Both the position numbers and the translations under genes were made by a program. DNA of 64,000 nucleotides, taken from positions 596 through 64,595 of the forward strand of contig JAZRKU010000058.1 of NCBI GenBank assembly GCA_045646485.1, given 5' to 3'. Below, in pieces: positions 20,393 through 29,639 of the stretch. The stretch comes from Acutalibacteraceae bacterium (GTDB lineage: Bacteria; Bacillota; Clostridia; Oscillospirales; Acutalibacteraceae). The notes under the pieces were generated by a model that worked only from the letters and a program-made list of their open reading frames with translations, was not told where the DNA came from and ran no database searches. Numbering within the stretch: the first letter of the stretch is position 1; every line of letters begins with the position of its first letter.

Positions 20393-21271
20393 TCAGTTTT
20401 TAAATTCATTCAAAATATCGTCAGGCAACTTTGCCTCAAACACTACAGGCTCGTTTGTTGTCGGGTGCAAAAACTCTGCTTTTCCGCAATGTAGTCCGGG
20501 GCGAGAGAGTATTTCTGTAACCTCTCCACCATACATATCGTCACCAATCAGCGGAAAACCAATAGAAGAAAAATGCACTCTTATCTGGTGAGTTCTGCCT
20601 GTTTCAATGTTTACCTTTAATAATATTTTATTATTGTGCCTTTCTGCAACCTGCCAGTGAGTAACTGCAGGTAAAGCGTCATCTCTTTCGGTAGAAACAG
20701 CTCTTAAGGTTTTTCCGGGGTCGGGTCTGTAAATTGGTGTGTTAATAGTGCCACTGTCATTTACGTCGCCCTTTATAATTGCATAGTAGGTTTTTTTAAT
20801 TTTACCATTTAACCTGTAAGCAGAAAGTGAGTTTTTGGCGAAAACTATAACGCCCGAGGTACCTTTGTCGAGTCTGCCTATTGCTCTGCCTGCCGCTTCG
20901 CTTCCGCCATTATTAATAATGTAATTGGCTACGCCGTTGGCGAGAGTACCGTTGGGATGACGTCTTGTAGGGTGAGCAGAAATACCTGCAGGCTTGTTTA
21001 AAACCAGAATATCTTCGTCTTCGTAAATAATGTCAAGTTCCATATCACAAAGCAGAGGCGGAGTAGATTTTTCAGGTATTCTTATTGTGACAAGTTCATT
21101 TTCATAAACGTTGTCAATCATTCTGACTACTCTGTCATTTGCCGTAACAGAGCCTTCGGTGTGTCGTAAGCTTTGTGTGATTTTAGTTGAAAGTTTTAAA
21201 TGCCCCTTTAAAAAATGAAGAAGGGGTCTGTCAGAATATTCTTGCGGTACGGTGTACTCCAAAATTCTCAT
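20393..21271 (-). CDS. RluA-family (RluD-like) pseudouridine synthase
   Basis: GRLDKGTSGVIVFAK catalytic Asp block, GRTHQIRVHF motif, and SD GAGGAGG. Confidence 0.85.
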   Translation of the reverse strand: MRILEYTVPQEYSDRPLLHFLKGHLKLSTKITQSLRHTEGSVTANDRVVRMIDNVYENELVTIRIPEKSTPPLLCDMELDIIYEDEDILVLNKPAGISAHPTRRHPNGTLANGVANYIINNGGSEAAGRAIGRLDKGTSGVIVFAKNSLSAYRLNGKIKKTYYAIIKGDVNDSGTINTPIYRPDPGKTLRAVSTERDDALPAVTHWQVAERHNNKILLKVNIETGRTHQIRVHFSSIGFPLIGDDMYGGEVTEILSRPGLHCGKAEFLHPTTNEPVVFEAKLPDDILNEFKN

Positions 21272-21564
21272 AACAGACCTCCTCAGGGTTTAAATATTAC
21301 AGATATAAAATTTTTTAACGAATTGCATATACAAATGAATATACAGTATATTCAGCACAAAAATGTTCATAACTTTGTCAGTGTAAAGTCAATCACTTTA
21401 CTCTTTTTTTGTCGAAAAAGAAAAAATATAAGAGAAAGCTTTATTCTGTGAACAAAATTGACATAGTTTTGAACAAAGTAAAGTGAGTTGCTTTACAATT
21501 GTTAAATTTTGTTAAACTGTTCAAAAATGGTATTTTTGAAAATGATTGCATTAAAATGTAAATA

Positions 21565-22380
21565 TTATACAATAGCGAATTCTGAAACCTTTCTGTCTTT
21601 AAAAGTAGCAACAGATTTAAAGCCTGCTTCACGTGCTATTTCATAAGCTTTATCGATATTTACACCTATTCTCTCGGCATAGTGTGAGTCTGAGCCTACA
21701 GAAATTAACTTACCGCCTAATTCTTTATATCTCTTTATTGTGTCAACATCAGGAGAAGGCTTGTTTATAGGGTATTTAAGACCGCCCATATTAATTTCTA
21801 AAGCCTTATCTTTTTCAGCACAGAGCTTTAAAAGTTCATCAACCTTGTTTTTGTATTTGTTGATATCTTCAACATAACCGCAGTGGTTAAAAATATATCT
21901 GAAGGGGTAGGTGATGTGTGCTAAAATTTCAAAATCGCCCCACTCGAGCATTTTTATAAGTTCGTCGAAATATTCGTTCATGGTAGCCTGAACGTCTATT
22001 CCGTCAAAGCTTTCCCAATTATAAAAATCTTCTTGCTCTCTTAAGTTGTGGATTGAACCTATAACAACGTCGTAGTTATAGGTAGAAAGAATTTTTTGAG
22101 AAAGTTCAGGGAGATAATGTGGCTGAGCAAGCTCAACACCTCTTAAAATGTTGATTTGACCATTTAATTTTTCTCTGACGTCACAAATATCTTTGTAACT
22201 GTTTTCTACAACCTTGTCGTAATTATCCTTGTAAAAATAATCGACCTCACAGTGGTCTGTAAAAGCAACCGTGTGAATTTTGTTGTCACGTGCAGTTTCT
22301 GCCATAAATAAAGCTTCGTGGTTACCATCAGGTGAGTTTTTTGTGTGAGTGTGTAAGTCTATGATTGCTATATTATTCAT
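21565..22380 (-). CDS. PHP-domain phosphoesterase (HisJ-family histidinol-phosphatase-like)
   Basis: IDLHTHTKNSPDG at the N-terminus, with FTDHCE and GSDSH metal-ligand blocks; 271 aa. Confidence 0.75.
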   Translation of the reverse strand: MNNIAIIDLHTHTKNSPDGNHEALFMAETARDNKIHTVAFTDHCEVDYFYKDNYDKVVENSYKDICDVREKLNGQINILRGVELAQPHYLPELSQKILSTYNYDVVIGSIHNLREQEDFYNWESFDGIDVQATMNEYFDELIKMLEWGDFEILAHITYPFRYIFNHCGYVEDINKYKNKVDELLKLCAEKDKALEINMGGLKYPINKPSPDVDTIKRYKELGGKLISVGSDSHYAERIGVNIDKAYEIAREAGFKSVATFKDRKVSEFAIV

Positions 22381-22551
22381 AATTTACCATCCTGCATTAA
22401 TAAGTAGTTTTCGGGTTAGAATTACAATTCAGTATTTTATCACAATTTTCTTAAAATTAATATAGCAAAATCAAAGAAAAATCTTTATTAAATTAGAATA
22501 ATATGGTAAAATACTACTAATTTATAAAAAGTCCCGAAAGGCAGAAGAAAA

Positions 22552-23433
22552 ATGAAGTTGAGTTATGAAGCGTTTGCTAAAATAAATCTTATATTAGATG
22601 TTACAGGCGTCAAAAGCAATGGCTATCACACTCTTTTTACAGTGATGCAATCTATAGGCTTAAAAGACGTTATAACGGTTGAAAAAATAAAAGGTGAAAA
22701 AATAACCATTTCCTGCACAGATGAAACTGTTCCGACGGATTCTAAAAATATAGTTTATAAATGTGCAGTGGAATTTTTTGAGCATTTCAACATTAAAAAG
22801 AATAAAGGTATTCATATTCATATTGAAAAAAATATTCCTCACGAAGCGGGGCTTGGCGGGGGCAGTGCAGACGGTGCCGCAGTTTTAGTTGCACTCAATG
22901 AAATTTTTAATATGGATGCTAATAAAAGAACTCTTATGTTTATCGGCGGTAAGGTCGGGGCAGATATTCCATTTTGCATTGTTGGCGGAACCGCACTTTG
23001 TCAGGATATAGGCACCGTAGTAGCACCGCTTCCTGATGCAGAGGAATGCAGTATTGTTATTGTAAAGCCCGAAAGCGGAAGCTCAACTGTTAAGGCGTAT
23101 GACGCAATAGATGAGTTAGGCAACAGCCTGAAACATACAAAAAATAACGAGATGCTGGAATTGTTGTTAGAAGAAAAGTTTTCTGACGCTCTTAAATATT
23201 GTGATAACGTTTTTGAACAGGTTATTGAAGTTCCCGATAGAGCAGATATAAAACATATTATGAGAAAAAATAACGCAGGAGCTACGTGTATGTCAGGTTC
23301 GGGTTCTGCAATTTTTGGAATTTTCTTTGAAGAGTCAGATGCAAAAAAAGCAAAAGAAGAGTTAGAAAAGAAATATAACAAGGTTTACCTTTGCGAGAGA
23401 AAAATAAGCGGAATTAAAAAAATAATTGAATAA
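22552..23433 (+). CDS. ispE: 4-diphosphocytidyl-2-C-methyl-D-erythritol kinase
   Basis: AKINLILDV and the GHMP kinase motif GLGGGSADGAAVLVAL; 293 aa. Confidence 0.92.
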   Translation: MKLSYEAFAKINLILDVTGVKSNGYHTLFTVMQSIGLKDVITVEKIKGEKITISCTDETVPTDSKNIVYKCAVEFFEHFNIKKNKGIHIHIEKNIPHEAGLGGGSADGAAVLVALNEIFNMDANKRTLMFIGGKVGADIPFCIVGGTALCQDIGTVVAPLPDAEECSIVIVKPESGSSTVKAYDAIDELGNSLKHTKNNEMLELLLEEKFSDALKYCDNVFEQVIEVPDRADIKHIMRKNNAGATCMSGSGSAIFGIFFEESDAKKAKEELEKKYNKVYLCERKISGIKKIIE

Positions 23434-23488
23434 AATAAAAACGACCGTCAATAATTCATTTACAATGAATGAAAGGCGGTCTTGTTTT

Positions 23489-24133
23489 ATGAAATTTAAT
23501 ACATATAACGCATTTAAATTAAAAAAGGACAGAATGCTTCTTATAGCAGTAATAATAGGAGCTGTTCTTTACGTTGCTTTTTCAATAACATATTTTGCCT
23601 CTGCTTCGGGAGAAATAAGAGAAAGCGTTGTAAGACTTCACGTTTTGGCAGAAAGTAACCTCGAAGCAGACCAGGAGATAAAAATAAAGGTGCGCGATGC
23701 ACTGTTAGAAAAAAACAGTGAGCTGCTTTCAGGGAGGGTGACTCCTGAAAACGTAGAGGACTATTTTTATGACTCAAAAGATGAATTAGAGAAATGTGCA
23801 AATGAAGTTTTAAAAGAAAACGGCTTTGATTATAAAGCAAAAATTACGTTATGCGAAGAATATTACACAACAAGAACTTACGAAAATCTGACCTTTCCTG
23901 CAGGGAAATACACCTCAATAAAGGTTGTTCTCGGAAGCGGTGAAGGCAAAAATTGGTGGTGTGTTATGTTTCCGCCACTTTGCGTTCCCGTAGCAGATGG
24001 TAGTGTCGAAACGGATGATGGTGTTATATTAGAGGATTATTTAGATGAAGGCTCGGCGAAAATAGTAACCTCGGGTAATGGGTATAAAGTGAAGTTTAAG
24101 ATTGTTGAGTGGTATGAGAAATTGTTTAAATGA
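23489..24133 (+). CDS. spoIIR: Stage II sporulation protein R
   Basis: VRLHVLAESNLEADQEIKIKVRDALL and NWWCVMFPPLC are SpoIIR hallmarks. Start moved to ATG 23489 (MKFNTYN...; AAAGGCGG upstream), giving a signal-anchor N-terminus. Confidence 0.85.
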   Translation: MKFNTYNAFKLKKDRMLLIAVIIGAVLYVAFSITYFASASGEIRESVVRLHVLAESNLEADQEIKIKVRDALLEKNSELLSGRVTPENVEDYFYDSKDELEKCANEVLKENGFDYKAKITLCEEYYTTRTYENLTFPAGKYTSIKVVLGSGEGKNWWCVMFPPLCVPVADGSVETDDGVILEDYLDEGSAKIVTSGNGYKVKFKIVEWYEKLFK

Positions 24134-24185
24134 ATGGGCAATAAATAATTGATAATTGAAAAAAGATAATTAAATTTAAAAAAAC

Positions 24186-24240
24186 AAGTTCTGTCATTTT
24201 TAGTTTACGAAAAACTTTAAATGACAGAACTTATCTTTTT
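24186..24240 (+). terminator. Terminator-like hairpin after spoIIR
   Basis: 14-bp stem AAGTTCTGTCATTT/AAATGACAGAACTT with a 19-nt loop, then ATCTTTTT. Confidence 0.6.
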
Positions 24241-24340
24241 GTTATTGAATTTTAATTACAATAAAATGCGAAGCATTTCCGCAATTCTTCACTATTACTT
24301 CTTACCTCTTACTTCAATCTGCTGTCACCTGATTGTCTGG

Positions 24341-24371
24341 AATTGCCTCTCTTCGAAGAGAGGCAATTTTT
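24341..24371 (+). terminator. Strong palindromic terminator-like hairpin with no assigned upstream gene
   Basis: AATTGCCTCTCTTCGAAGAGAGGCAATT followed by TTTT...TTTTTTTT. Confidence 0.55.
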
Positions 24372-24525
24372 ACAGAATTTTTTTTGTTTCATTTTTACAT
24401 TAAAAATTAATTCAGCTCACCGTAAGCGGGCAACCAAAGGTTTGCCCCTACAATAGTGGGAGTTAATTCGTTTGTTCATTTTTATTATAAATCATCATAA
24501 AAAATCCTATCATTCAAAATTGGTG

Positions 24526-24553
24526 TTGAATAATATTGAAAATGTGCTAAAAT
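24526..24553 (+). promoter_or_regulatory. Candidate promoter of azlCD
   Basis: TTGAAT-16 nt-TGcTAAAAT, 33 nt upstream of ATG 24586. Confidence 0.55.
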
Positions 24554-24585
24554 GTTTATATTCCAGAATTAAGCAAGGGATAAAA

Positions 24586-25317
24586 ATGAACGAAATAAAC
24601 AGTTTTAAAAAGGGAATAAAAGCAGGTCTGCCTATCTGCATAGGTTATTTTCCTGTGTCGTTTGCATTTGGCATTTTTTCAGTTGAAAACGGCCTTAGCA
24701 TTTTACAGGCAGTTTTAATTTCTCTTACAAATTTAACATCTGCAGGGCAATTGGCGGCGGTGCCTATTATGGTCGGTGGCGGTACAATAATTGAGCTTAT
24801 ATTGGCACAGCTTGTTATAAATTCACGTTACTCGCTTATGTCAATTTCTCTTTCACAAAAGTTAGGCAAAAGTGTGAAAATACCTCACAGATTTTTAATT
24901 GCCTTCGGTAATACAGATGAAATTTTTGCCGTAGCCTCTTCAAACAAAGAAAAAGTTGGCACGAAATATATGCTGGGGCTTATTTTAACACCGGTTATAG
25001 GTTGGGTAACAGGAACTTTAACGGGTGCAGTTGCAGGTAATATATTACCTGACGTCGTAACGTCTGCTTTAGGTGTTGCAATTTACGGTATGTTTATTGC
25101 AATTGTTGTACCTGTAATAAAAGAAGAAAAATGGACTGCACTTTGTGTTGCGTTTGCCATTGCGCTTAGCTGTGTTTTCTACTACGCACCTGTTTTAAAA
25201 GAAATTCCGACAGGCTTTACCGTTATAATCTGTGCAGTGGCAGCAAGTGCTTTGTTTGCATTTGTTAAGCCGATTACAGTAGAAGAAATAAAAAACGAGG
25301 TGACAAAAAATGGATAA
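24586..25317 (+). CDS. azlC: AzlC-family branched-chain amino acid permease subunit
   Basis: FKKGIKAGLPICIGYFPVSFAFG ... TNLTSAGQLA is the AzlC pattern. Start moved to ATG 24586, downstream of a TTGAAT-16-TGcTAAAAT promoter. Confidence 0.85.
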   Translation: MNEINSFKKGIKAGLPICIGYFPVSFAFGIFSVENGLSILQAVLISLTNLTSAGQLAAVPIMVGGGTIIELILAQLVINSRYSLMSISLSQKLGKSVKIPHRFLIAFGNTDEIFAVASSNKEKVGTKYMLGLILTPVIGWVTGTLTGAVAGNILPDVVTSALGVAIYGMFIAIVVPVIKEEKWTALCVAFAIALSCVFYYAPVLKEIPTGFTVIICAVAASALFAFVKPITVEEIKNEVTKNG

Positions 25318-25630
25318 CACCAAATTTTTTATTTATCTTTTAGTTATGGCAGGGGTTACATATTTAGTGCGTATGGTTCCGCTTGTGCTTGTGAACAAGC
25401 CAATAAAAAACAAATACGTATTATCATTTCTTTATTACGTGCCATATACAGTTTTAAGCGTAATGACAATACCAGCGTGTTTTTACGCAACAGATTCATT
25501 TACGAGTGCATTTGTCGGCTTTGTGACTGCGGTGGTTGCGGCACTTTTCAGGCGTAGCCTTGTGCAGGTTGCAGTTTTTTCAAGTGTTGCAGTGCTAATA
25601 ACAGAGCTTTTAATGAATTATATTTTTTAA
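25310..25630 (+). CDS. azlD: AzlD-family small membrane subunit
   Basis: 106-aa hydrophobic protein overlapping the azlC stop by 8 nt, the usual azlCD arrangement. Confidence 0.8.
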   Translation: MDNTKFFIYLLVMAGVTYLVRMVPLVLVNKPIKNKYVLSFLYYVPYTVLSVMTIPACFYATDSFTSAFVGFVTAVVAALFRRSLVQVAVFSSVAVLITELLMNYIF

Positions 25631-25642
25631 AGGAGAATTAAT

Positions 25643-26155
25643 ATGAAAACGTTTAAAATGGGAATAAAAACTTATTTTTTCTTAGCATTATTCGCAGTTG
25701 TATCATTGGTGGCGTTTTATTTCGCCTACAAATCAGCGACAGGAGAAATATCATTCGAATTTAAAATAGGCGGTGCAAATGCAAACCTGTTTGTGAGTGT
25801 GTTGTTTCTTTTAGTGGCACTTTCACACTTTATGTCGTTTGTCGTGGTTCTTATAAATATTTTTAAAAATAAGAATATTGCACTTTCTTTGGATTCAAAC
25901 GGAATACATAACACTTTTGTTTTTGTAATGTTCGGTGCGGCAATGTTAGTTTTACCTGTGAAGGAAATACCGTGGGGAGCAGTAAAAGAAATAAAAGAAG
26001 AGCGTGGTGTGTGCGCTCTGAGAGTTGACCCTGACATGATAGAAGCAAATATTCTGGCTAAAAAATATCTTAAATCGCAAAGCTTTATGTGTGGGCAGCC
26101 TTTTGTAAAGCCGACGGTAACAGAAGAAGATATCAGACAATTTAAAAATGTGTAA
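25643..26155 (+). CDS. Hypothetical membrane protein (two N-terminal TM helices plus ~90-aa soluble domain)
   Basis: 170-aa ORF 12 nt after azlD with SD AGGAG. I recognise no family signature. Confidence 0.5.
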   Translation: MKTFKMGIKTYFFLALFAVVSLVAFYFAYKSATGEISFEFKIGGANANLFVSVLFLLVALSHFMSFVVVLINIFKNKNIALSLDSNGIHNTFVFVMFGAAMLVLPVKEIPWGAVKEIKEERGVCALRVDPDMIEANILAKKYLKSQSFMCGQPFVKPTVTEEDIRQFKNV

Positions 26156-26313
26156 TAAAAAATCACCTTAAAACAAAGAAAGGTTTAAGGTGATTTTTAG
26201 TGATGTTTTGAGTGATTTGTTTTTTATTAAAATGGATTTGATTTGCTCGTAACGCAGACAGGCAAATGATGATATTAATCTCAATTTATGCCAAAGACAA
26301 ATTATTGAGATTG

Positions 26314-27156
26314 TTATAAAACAATCGATTTATGTCTTGTTACGTGGCAACCAACGTTTACTGCTACAGGAAGCCCTGCAATATGTGTAGGAGCAGTTTC
26401 TATATTGACTTTTAATGCAGTAATATCACCGCCAAAGCCTTGTGCGCCTATATTTAATTTGTTTACCTCTGTAAGCATTTTTTCTTCTAAGTTTTTATAA
26501 TATTCATTTTCATTTGAAACGGAAATATCGCGTGTGAGTGCTTTTTTTGAGAGAATTGCACACCCTTCAAAATCGCTGCCGATGCCTACACCTAAAACAA
26601 CGGGCGGGCAGGGGTTAGCGTCGGCTACTTTTACTGTGTCAACAACAAAGCTTATAATATCTTCTTCAGTTGCAGAGGGTGTGAACATTTTGATTCTGCT
26701 CATATTTTCACTGCCGAAACCCTTTGGTGCAGCAGTCATTTTTACCTTGTCACCGTCAACTATAGAAAAATGAATAAGTGCAGGGGTATTGTCGTTTGTG
26801 TTACCACGGTGAATCGGGTCTTTTACAATTGAACAACGCATTTTGCCGTCAAGATATGCTTTTTTAACCCCGTTGTTTATAGCTTCGTTTAAACTGCCGT
26901 TTATAAAATGAATATCCTGACCTACTTCTATAAAAAGAACAGCCATTCCTGTATCCTGGCAAATAGGAATTTCATTTTCTCTTGCAACGTCTAAATTTTT
27001 GCACATATCGCAAAAGATATTTTTTGCAGTTACGTTTGTTTCAGCTTCTTTTGATTTTCTTATTAAATCTTCTAATGAAGATGGTAACTCTGCGTTAGCA
27101 GAGATAAAAAGTTCCTCAACAGCTTTTTCTATTACAGAAACGTCTATTTTACGCAT
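26314..27156 (-). CDS. Fe-S hydro-lyase alpha subunit (class I fumarate hydratase / L(+)-tartrate dehydratase alpha type)
   Basis: 280 aa with CQDTGMAVLFIEVGQD and GVGIGSDFEG blocks typical of FumA-N/TtdA. No beta-subunit gene is adjacent. Confidence 0.85.
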   Translation of the reverse strand: MRKIDVSVIEKAVEELFISANAELPSSLEDLIRKSKEAETNVTAKNIFCDMCKNLDVARENEIPICQDTGMAVLFIEVGQDIHFINGSLNEAINNGVKKAYLDGKMRCSIVKDPIHRGNTNDNTPALIHFSIVDGDKVKMTAAPKGFGSENMSRIKMFTPSATEEDIISFVVDTVKVADANPCPPVVLGVGIGSDFEGCAILSKKALTRDISVSNENEYYKNLEEKMLTEVNKLNIGAQGFGGDITALKVNIETAPTHIAGLPVAVNVGCHVTRHKSIVL

Positions 27157-27396
27157 TAATTTAAACCTCTCTAAATTCTAAAAGTACTATTGACAGAATC
27201 AATAGTACTTTTTCATTGTTTTATAACGATTATAGTTAGTCGAAACAGTGTAATTTTACACTGTTTCGATACCAAATATATGATTTGGTATCGGATTTTT
27301 TTTGAAAATTCGACTATAATCCTTTCAATGGGTGTAATGCAAAATTGTATTTGCGAAACGCAACTGCGTTTCGACAACTTACAATCATTATAAAAA

Positions 27397-27864
27397 TCAG
27401 AAGCCACGTTGAGTTCCGCCACCACGACGAGGTGTAGACGTACCTCTTTTTGCCGCAGTGTTTTTCTTTAAGTCGCTCATTCTTTCGTCGCTCTTTGTTT
27501 TGAAACGAGCCAACATATCTTCAAAAGACATATTTTCAGGTTCGTTTTTTGGAGTTCCCGTCCAAACAGGGGGTTGGCTTTTCTTGGGCTTGTCATTGTA
27601 AGACTTTTTAGGCGCCGGTGACTCTTCGGGAGGGAGTGCCTTCTTAATAGAAAGAGCAATTTTACCCTTTTCGTTGATATCAATTACCATAACCTTAACT
27701 TCTTGGTTTTCAGATAATTTTTCATGAATATCTTTAATATAAGTGTTTGAAACTTCAGAAATATGTACCATACCTGTTGATTTGTCCGGAAGTTCAACAA
27801 ACGCTCCGAAGTTTGTGATGCCGGTAACTTTACCGTCTAAGATTTCGCCGATTTCTACTGCCAT
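27397..27864 (-). CDS. yabR: S1 RNA-binding domain protein (YabR-like)
   Basis: N-terminal S1 fold (GKVTGITNFGAFVELPDKSTGMVHISEVS) plus a basic tail. Position after divIC matches B. subtilis yabP-yabQ-divIC-yabR. Confidence 0.75.
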   Translation of the reverse strand: MAVEIGEILDGKVTGITNFGAFVELPDKSTGMVHISEVSNTYIKDIHEKLSENQEVKVMVIDINEKGKIALSIKKALPPEESPAPKKSYNDKPKKSQPPVWTGTPKNEPENMSFEDMLARFKTKSDERMSDLKKNTAAKRGTSTPRRGGGTQRGF

Positions 27865-27891
27865 GAAAGACTTACCTCGTTTTTTAATATA

Positions 27892-28194
27892 TTATGTACC
27901 TGGAGTGATGTCTATATAAACTCTTTCGTCTGTTTTGACATACCCGTTTTCTCTGGCATATTTTTCAGCAATAGCGGCTTCGTCGTTTTTGTCAATTGTG
28001 TCCTGAATTTCTTCGTTTTGAGCAATTTGCTCATCACGCTGACTCTGAAGCTCTGTTATTTCTTCTTTTTTTTCATTGATTTCTTTGTTAGTGTTAAAAA
28101 AAGAAATAGCAAAATAAATAATTGCGACACAGAAAAGCAACGCCATAACAATGCTTATAGGTTTACGTTTTTTGTTAACTTTTTTCTTTTTCAT
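27892..28194 (-). CDS. divIC: Septum formation initiator (FtsB/DivIC family)
   Basis: 100 aa: basic N-terminus, one TM helix, then a coiled coil (EITELQSQRDEQIAQNEEIQ). Synteny with yabQ/yabR. Confidence 0.7.
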   Translation of the reverse strand: MKKKKVNKKRKPISIVMALLFCVAIIYFAISFFNTNKEINEKKEEITELQSQRDEQIAQNEEIQDTIDKNDEAAIAEKYARENGYVKTDERVYIDITPGT

Positions 28195-28735
28195 TGTTAC
28201 AACCCTCTTCTTTCTCGCTTTTTTTATGCTGGTTAAATATACCTAATAAATTATACACATATAACCTGAGTTTTGGCAAGTCTTTTTTTCGATTTTTCTT
28301 AATTTTTTTTGCAACTTTATCAAAAAAACGTGAAAATTTGTGTTCAATTTTCAAAAAGAGCTTATATAAGAGTCTGAAGGGTGTAAAAATAAGTTTGAAA
28401 AGAAAGCCGAAAATCTTGTGAATTATATTGACAAATATATCAGTAATGCGTTTTGCGGTTAATCCGAAAGAGATGTAATAAAATATCCAGCCTAAAATTT
28501 CTCCGAAAATCATATATGAGCGGAATTCGCCTTTATTAAGCGCTAAAAAGAAAATCAGCGTAAAAAGGGCGAATATTATAAAATAAAGTATGTCAAATAT
28601 GAAAATCAGTGTTTTGGATTTTGAAAAAGTCAAACGTATGGCTCTCAGAATATCATAAATTATTCCTAAAACGAAGCCTGTACCTAAAGAAAGGAAAAAT
28701 AAATTCAGTTGTTCACTTTGCTCGAAGGAATACAT
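28175..28735 (-). CDS. yabQ: Spore cortex biosynthesis protein YabQ
   Basis: 186-aa polytopic membrane protein with LSLGTGFVLGIIYDILRAIR at the N-terminus. Start overlaps the yabP stop. Confidence 0.65.
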   Translation of the reverse strand: MYSFEQSEQLNLFFLSLGTGFVLGIIYDILRAIRLTFSKSKTLIFIFDILYFIIFALFTLIFFLALNKGEFRSYMIFGEILGWIFYYISFGLTAKRITDIFVNIIHKIFGFLFKLIFTPFRLLYKLFLKIEHKFSRFFDKVAKKIKKNRKKDLPKLRLYVYNLLGIFNQHKKSEKEEGCNNEKEKS

Positions 28736-29016
28736 TATCTGAAAACCTTTGAGAAGAAGCCCGTGCTTTTGGGTGCGTTGTCTGTGTATGACAATGCAGA
28801 TATGTTTCCTTCAACCTGTAATTCGCCGATTTCAAGTGAAAGACGTGTTATATGAAGCTTTTCGCCTCTTATTGTGAGTTCACCTGAATCGGTAGCGGCT
28901 ATAATTGTCTGCTCATCAAAGCTGTCAACGTCGTTTACACCTGAAACTGAAAGTGTGCGTCTGTCCTCTAAAATGCAATTGTGTGGTGAAAATGTGTTCT
29001 TTTTTTCTTCTGTCAT
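28735..29016 (-). CDS. yabP: Sporulation protein YabP
   Basis: 93 aa. HNCILEDRRTLSVSGVNDVDSFDEQTI ... LHITRLSLEIGELQVEG matches the YabP family pattern. Confidence 0.8.
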   Translation of the reverse strand: MTEEKKNTFSPHNCILEDRRTLSVSGVNDVDSFDEQTIIAATDSGELTIRGEKLHITRLSLEIGELQVEGNISALSYTDNAPKSTGFFSKVFR

Positions 29017-29072
29017 AATAAAAAATCCCCTTTCGATAATTTATATTACCGAAAAGGGAAAATAAGAACAAT

Positions 29073-29639
29073 TTATTTTATTTTTTTAATTTTATTGCCT
29101 TTTACAAGATATACGTTTTTACTTATATCCATAAGAGGCTTATCGTTAAAGGAATCGGTGTAAAGGTCATCTATTTCTGCATCGGGATATCTCTCAAAAA
29201 AAGCCTTTACCTTGTTTTCTCTCAGACAAAGTCTTTCAATTTTCCCTTCAGCTTCGTTAATTGACGTCCCTAAATAGTTTTTTATGTTAAGCCTTTTACA
29301 GATTTCTTGTAAAGATATCTCAGGTGAGCAGGAAAGAATCAAGTCATCATCTTTCCTGACTTTTTCATAAAACGGCTTAATATTTTTTTCGTGCTTGTCC
29401 CAAAATTCAGGAATACAACCGTGAAACTGCGGGTTTTCAATATAATAATCGAGAGCTCTCTGAGCATATTTGTTTATTGCTTCTTCTACAGTTAATTTAC
29501 CGAGCTTGTATTTTGTAAAGGCAGTAACGACTGCAGGCATAAACGCAATAAGACCTTTATCTTTTTTTAAAAAGAATTTAAACAGATGAAAAGCGCTTTC
29601 ACCATCATAAATTGTGTTGTCAAAATCATAAACATTCAT
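29073..29639 (-). CDS. HAD-superfamily hydrolase (HAD-IB-like phosphatase)
   Basis: N-terminal DxDxT motif (VYDFDNTIYDG) and C-terminal DSFNDKP acid motif; 188 aa. Confidence 0.7.
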   Translation of the reverse strand: MNVYDFDNTIYDGESAFHLFKFFLKKDKGLIAFMPAVVTAFTKYKLGKLTVEEAINKYAQRALDYYIENPQFHGCIPEFWDKHEKNIKPFYEKVRKDDDLILSCSPEISLQEICKRLNIKNYLGTSINEAEGKIERLCLRENKVKAFFERYPDAEIDDLYTDSFNDKPLMDISKNVYLVKGNKIKKIK

